Of a DNA stretch of 64,000 nt, positions 58,801 to 64,000 are shown piece by piece. Location: positions 272,676,001 to 272,740,000 of the forward strand of contig OZ024741.1 of assembly GCA_964016885.1 (NCBI GenBank), written 5' to 3'. This stretch comes from Eledone cirrhosa (lineage: Eukaryota). The notes below the pieces were generated by a model. The model was not told where the DNA came from and made no database searches. It saw nothing but the letters and a program-made list of their open reading frames with translations. The stretch's first letter is position 1; each line of letters starts with the position of its first letter. Both the position numbers and the translations under genes were made by a program.

Positions 58801-61800
58801 CAAATACCATTATGATGAATACCATTACAATGAATACCATTATAATGAATACCATTATAACAAATACCATTATAACAAATACCATTATAACAAATACCAT
58901 TATAATGAATACCATTATAATGAATACCATTATAACAAATACCATTATAACAAATACCATTATAACAAATACCATTATAATGAATACCATTATAACAAAT
59001 ACCATTATAACAAATACCATTATAACAAATACCATTATAATGAATACCATTATAATGAATACCATTATAACAAATACCATTATAACAAATACCATTATAA
59101 TGAATACCATTATAATGAATACCATTATAACAAATACCATTATAACAAATACCATTATAACAAATACCATTATAACAAATACCATTATAATGAATACCAT
59201 TATAATGAATACCATTATAATGAATACCATTATAATGAATACCATTATAACAAATACCATTATAACAAATACCATTATAACAAATACCATTATAACAAAT
59301 ACCATTATAACAAATATCATTATGACAAATACCATTATAATGAATACCATTATAACAAATACCATTATAATGAATACCATTATAACAAATACCATTATAA
59401 CAAATACCATTATAACAAATACCATTATAACAAATACCATTATAACAAATACCATTATAACGAATACCATTATAACAAATACCATTCTAACAAATACCAT
59501 TATAACAAATACCATTATAACAAATACCATTATAACAAATACCATTATAATGAATACCATTATAACAAATACCATTATAACAAATACCATTATAACAAAT
59601 ACTATTATAACAAATACCATTATAACAAATACCATTATAACAAATACCATTATAATGAATACCATTATAACAAATACCATTATAATGAATACCATTATAA
59701 CAAATACCATTATAACAAATACCATTATAACAAATACCATTATAATGAATACCATTATAACAAATACCATTATAACAAATACCATTATAACAAATACCAT
59801 TATAATGAATACCATTATAACAAATACCATTATAACAAATACCATTATAACTAATACCATTATAATGAATTCCATTATAACAAATACCATTATAATGAAT
59901 ACGATTATAACAAATACCATTATAACAAATACCATTATAACAAATACCATTATAACAAATACCATTATAATGAATACCATTATAACAAATACCATTATAA
60001 TGAATACCATTATAACAAATACCATTATAACAAATACCATTATAACAAATACCATTATAACAAATACCATTATAATGAATACCATTATAACAAATACCAT
60101 TATAACAAATACCATTATAACAAATACCATTATAATGAATACCATTATAACAAATACTATTATAATGAATACCATTATAACAAATACCATTATAATGAAT
60201 ACCATTATAACAAATACCATTTTAACAAATACCATTATAATGAATACCATTATAACAAATACCATTATAACAAATACCATTATAATGAATACCATTATAA
60301 CAAATACCATTATAACAAATACCATTATAATGAATACCATTATAATGAATACCATTATAACAAATACCATTATAATGAATACCATTATAACAAATAGCAT
60401 TATAATGAATACCATTATAATGAATACCATTATAACAAATACCATTATAACAAATACCATTATAATGAATACCATTATAACAAATACCATTTTAACAAAT
60501 ACCATTATAATGAATACCATTATAACAAATACCATTATAACAAATACCATTATAATGAATACCATTATAACAAATACCATTATAACAAATACCATTATAA
60601 TGAATGCCATTGTAACAAATACCATTATAACAAATACCATTATAACAAATACCATTATAACAAATACCATTATAACAAATACCATTATCACAAATACCAT
60701 TATAACAAATACCATTATAACAAATACCATTATAACAAATACCATTATAACAAATACCATTATAACAAATACCATTATAATGAATATAATTATAACAAAT
60801 ACCATTATAACAAATACCATTATAACAAATACCATTATAATGAATACCATTATAATGAATACCATTATAACAAATACCATTATAACAAATACCATTATAA
60901 CAAATACCATTATAACAAATACCATTATAATGAATACCATTATAACAAATACCATTATAACAAATACCATTATAACAAATACCATTATAACAAATACCAT
61001 TATAATGAATACCATTATAATGAATACCATTATAACAAATACCATTATAACAAATACCATTATAACAAATACCATTATAACAAATACCATTATAACAAAT
61101 ACCATTATAATGAATACCATTATAACAAATACCATTATAATGAATACCATTATAACAAATACCATTATAACAAATACCATTATAATAAATACCATTATAA
61201 CAAATACCATTATAATGAATACCATTATAACAAATACCATTATAACAAATACCATTATAACAAATACCATTATAATGAATACTAGTATAACAAATACCAT
61301 TATAACAAATACCATTATAACAAATACCATTATAACAAATACCATTATAATGAATACCATTATAACAAATACCATTATAATGAATACCATTATAACAAAT
61401 ACCATTATAACAAATACCATTATAACAAATACCATTATAATGAATACCATTATAACAAATACCATTATAACAAATACCATTATAACAAATACCATTATAA
61501 TGAATACCATTATAACAAATACCATTATAACAAATACCATTATAACTAATACCATTATAATGAATTCCATTATAACAAATACCATTATAATGAATACGAT
61601 TATAACAAATACCATTATAACAAATACCATTATAACAAATACCATTATAACAAATACCATTATAATGAATACCATTATAACAAATACCATTATAATGAAT
61701 ACCATTATAACAAATACCATTATAACAAATACCATTATAACAAATACCATTATAACAAATACCATTATAATGAATACCATTATAACAAATACCATTATAA

Positions 61801-64000
61801 CAAATACCATTATAACAAATACCATTATAATGAATACCATTATAACAAATACTATTATAATGAATACCATTATAACAAATACCATTATAACAAATACCAT
61901 TATAACAAATACCATTATAACAAATACCATTATATTGAATACCATTATAACAAATACCATTATAACAAATACCATTATAACAAATACCATTATAATGTAT
62001 ACCATTATAACAAATACCATTATAACAAATACCATTATAACAAATACCATTATAATGAATACCATTATAACAAATACCATTATAACAAATACCATTATAA
62101 CAAATACCATTATAACAAATACCATTATAATGAATACCATTATAATGAATACCATTATAACAAATACCATTATAACAAATACCATTATAACAAATACCAT
62201 TATAATGAATACCATTATAATGAATACCATTATAACAAATACCATTATAACAAATACCATTATAACAAATACCATTATGATGAATACCATTACAATGAAT
62301 ACCATTATAATGAATACCATTATAACAAATACCATTATAACAAATACCATTATAACAAATACCATTATAATGAATACCATTATAATGAATACCATTATAA
62401 CAAATACCATTATAACAAATACCATTATAACAAATACCATTATAATGAATACCATTATAACAAATACCATTATAACAAATACCATTATAACAAATACCAT
62501 TATAATGAATACCATTATAATGAATACCATTATAACAAATACCATTATAACAAATACCATTATAATGAATACCATTATAATGAATACCATTATAACAAAT
62601 ACCATTATAACAAATACCATTATAACAAATACCATTATAACAAATACCATTATAATGAATACCATTATAATGAATACCATTATAATGAATACCATTATAA
62701 TGAATACCATTATAACAAATACCATTATAACAAATACCATTATAACAAATACCATTATAACAAATACCATTATAACAAATATCATTATGACAAATACCAT
62801 TATAATGAATACCATTATAACAAATACCATTATAATGAATACCATTATAACAAATACCATTATAACAAATACCATTATAACAAATACCATTATAACAAAT
62901 ACCATTATAACAAATACCATTATAACGAATACCATTATAACAAATACCATTCTAACAAATACCATTATAACAAATACCATTATAACAAATACCATTATAA
63001 CAAATACCATTATAATGAATACCATTATAACAAATACCATTATAACAAATACCATTATAACAAATACTATTATAACAAATACCATTATAACAAATACCAT
63101 TATAACAAATACCATTATAATGAATACCATTATAACAAATACCATTATAATGAATACCATTATAACAAATACCATTATAACAAATACCATTATAACAAAT
63201 ACCATTATAATGAATACCATTATAACAAATACCATTATAACAAATACCATTATAACAAATACCATTATAATGAATACCATTATAACAAATACCATTATAA
63301 CAAATACCATTATAACTAATACCATTATAATGAATTCCATTATAACAAATACCATTATAATGAATACGATTATAACAAATACCATTATAACAAATACCAT
63401 TATAACAAATACCATTATAACAAATACCATTATAATGAATACCATTATAACAAATACCATTATAATGAATACCATTATAACAAATACCATTATAACAAAT
63501 ACCATTATAACAAATACCATTATAACAAATACCATTATAATGAATACCATTATAACAAATACCATTATAACAAATACCATTATAACAAATACCATTATAA
63601 TGAATACCATTATAACAAATACTATTATAATGAATACCATTATAACAAATACCATTATAACAAATACCATTATAACAAATACCATTATAACAAATACCAT
63701 TATAACAAATACCATTATAATGTATACCATTATAACAAATACCATTATAACAAATACCGTTATAACAAATACCATTATAATGAATACCATTATAACAAAT
63801 ACCATTATAACAAATACCATTATAACAAATACCATTATAACAAATACCATTATAATGAATACCATTATAATGAATACCATTATAACAAATACCATTATAA
63901 CAAATACCATTATAACAAATACCATTATAATGAATACCATTATAATGAATACCATTATAACAAATACCATTATAACAAATACCATTATAACAAATACCAT
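31840..64000. repeat. 15-bp satellite array, about 2,140 units, running off the window end
   Basis: Unit ACCATTATAA[CA/TG]AAT. The register holds at four units per 60-nt line throughout. Confidence 0.99.

Noticed and set aside
31817-64000. 10,727-aa MVFVI-repeat ORF, and the HYNGI/CYNGI ORFs, as a giant protein
   Set aside because: It is the translation of a 15-bp satellite. Consensus codons in the long frame cannot become stops by single substitutions, and there is no unique domain. The + strand open frame is preceded by a stop at 31830 with no acceptor.

Overview
Eukaryotic, AT-rich, microsatellite- and transposon-dense DNA. The repeat content suggests an octopus or other coleoid cephalopod (inference). 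The only host gene found is three phase-compatible + strand exons of a DEG/ENaC (ASIC/FaNaC-superfamily) channel: 15151-15449, 26995-27499 and 31377-31475. The last exon appears to end at a GC donor, followed by a >32 kb array of a 15-bp satellite that fills the rest of the window. The 10,727-aa 'ORF' is an artefact of that satellite. The first 31 kb hold RTE, R4/Dong and CR1-type LINE fragments, two tRNA-derived SINE families, MITEs, Helitron-like elements, a 50-bp minisatellite, and a near-intact Penelope-like element (RT + GIY-YIG) with a 1.2 kb inverted arm. The most notable unannotated signal is at least eight type-I hammerhead ribozyme motifs from five unrelated sequence families. Six of them sit as outward-facing pairs in the arms of three foldback elements lodged in (TA)n tracts: one autonomous PLE and two non-coding elements with the same architecture. 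Three lie in sense orientation in intron 1 of the channel gene. The satellite shows a CG->CA/TG two-state signature and nested kb-scale duplications.
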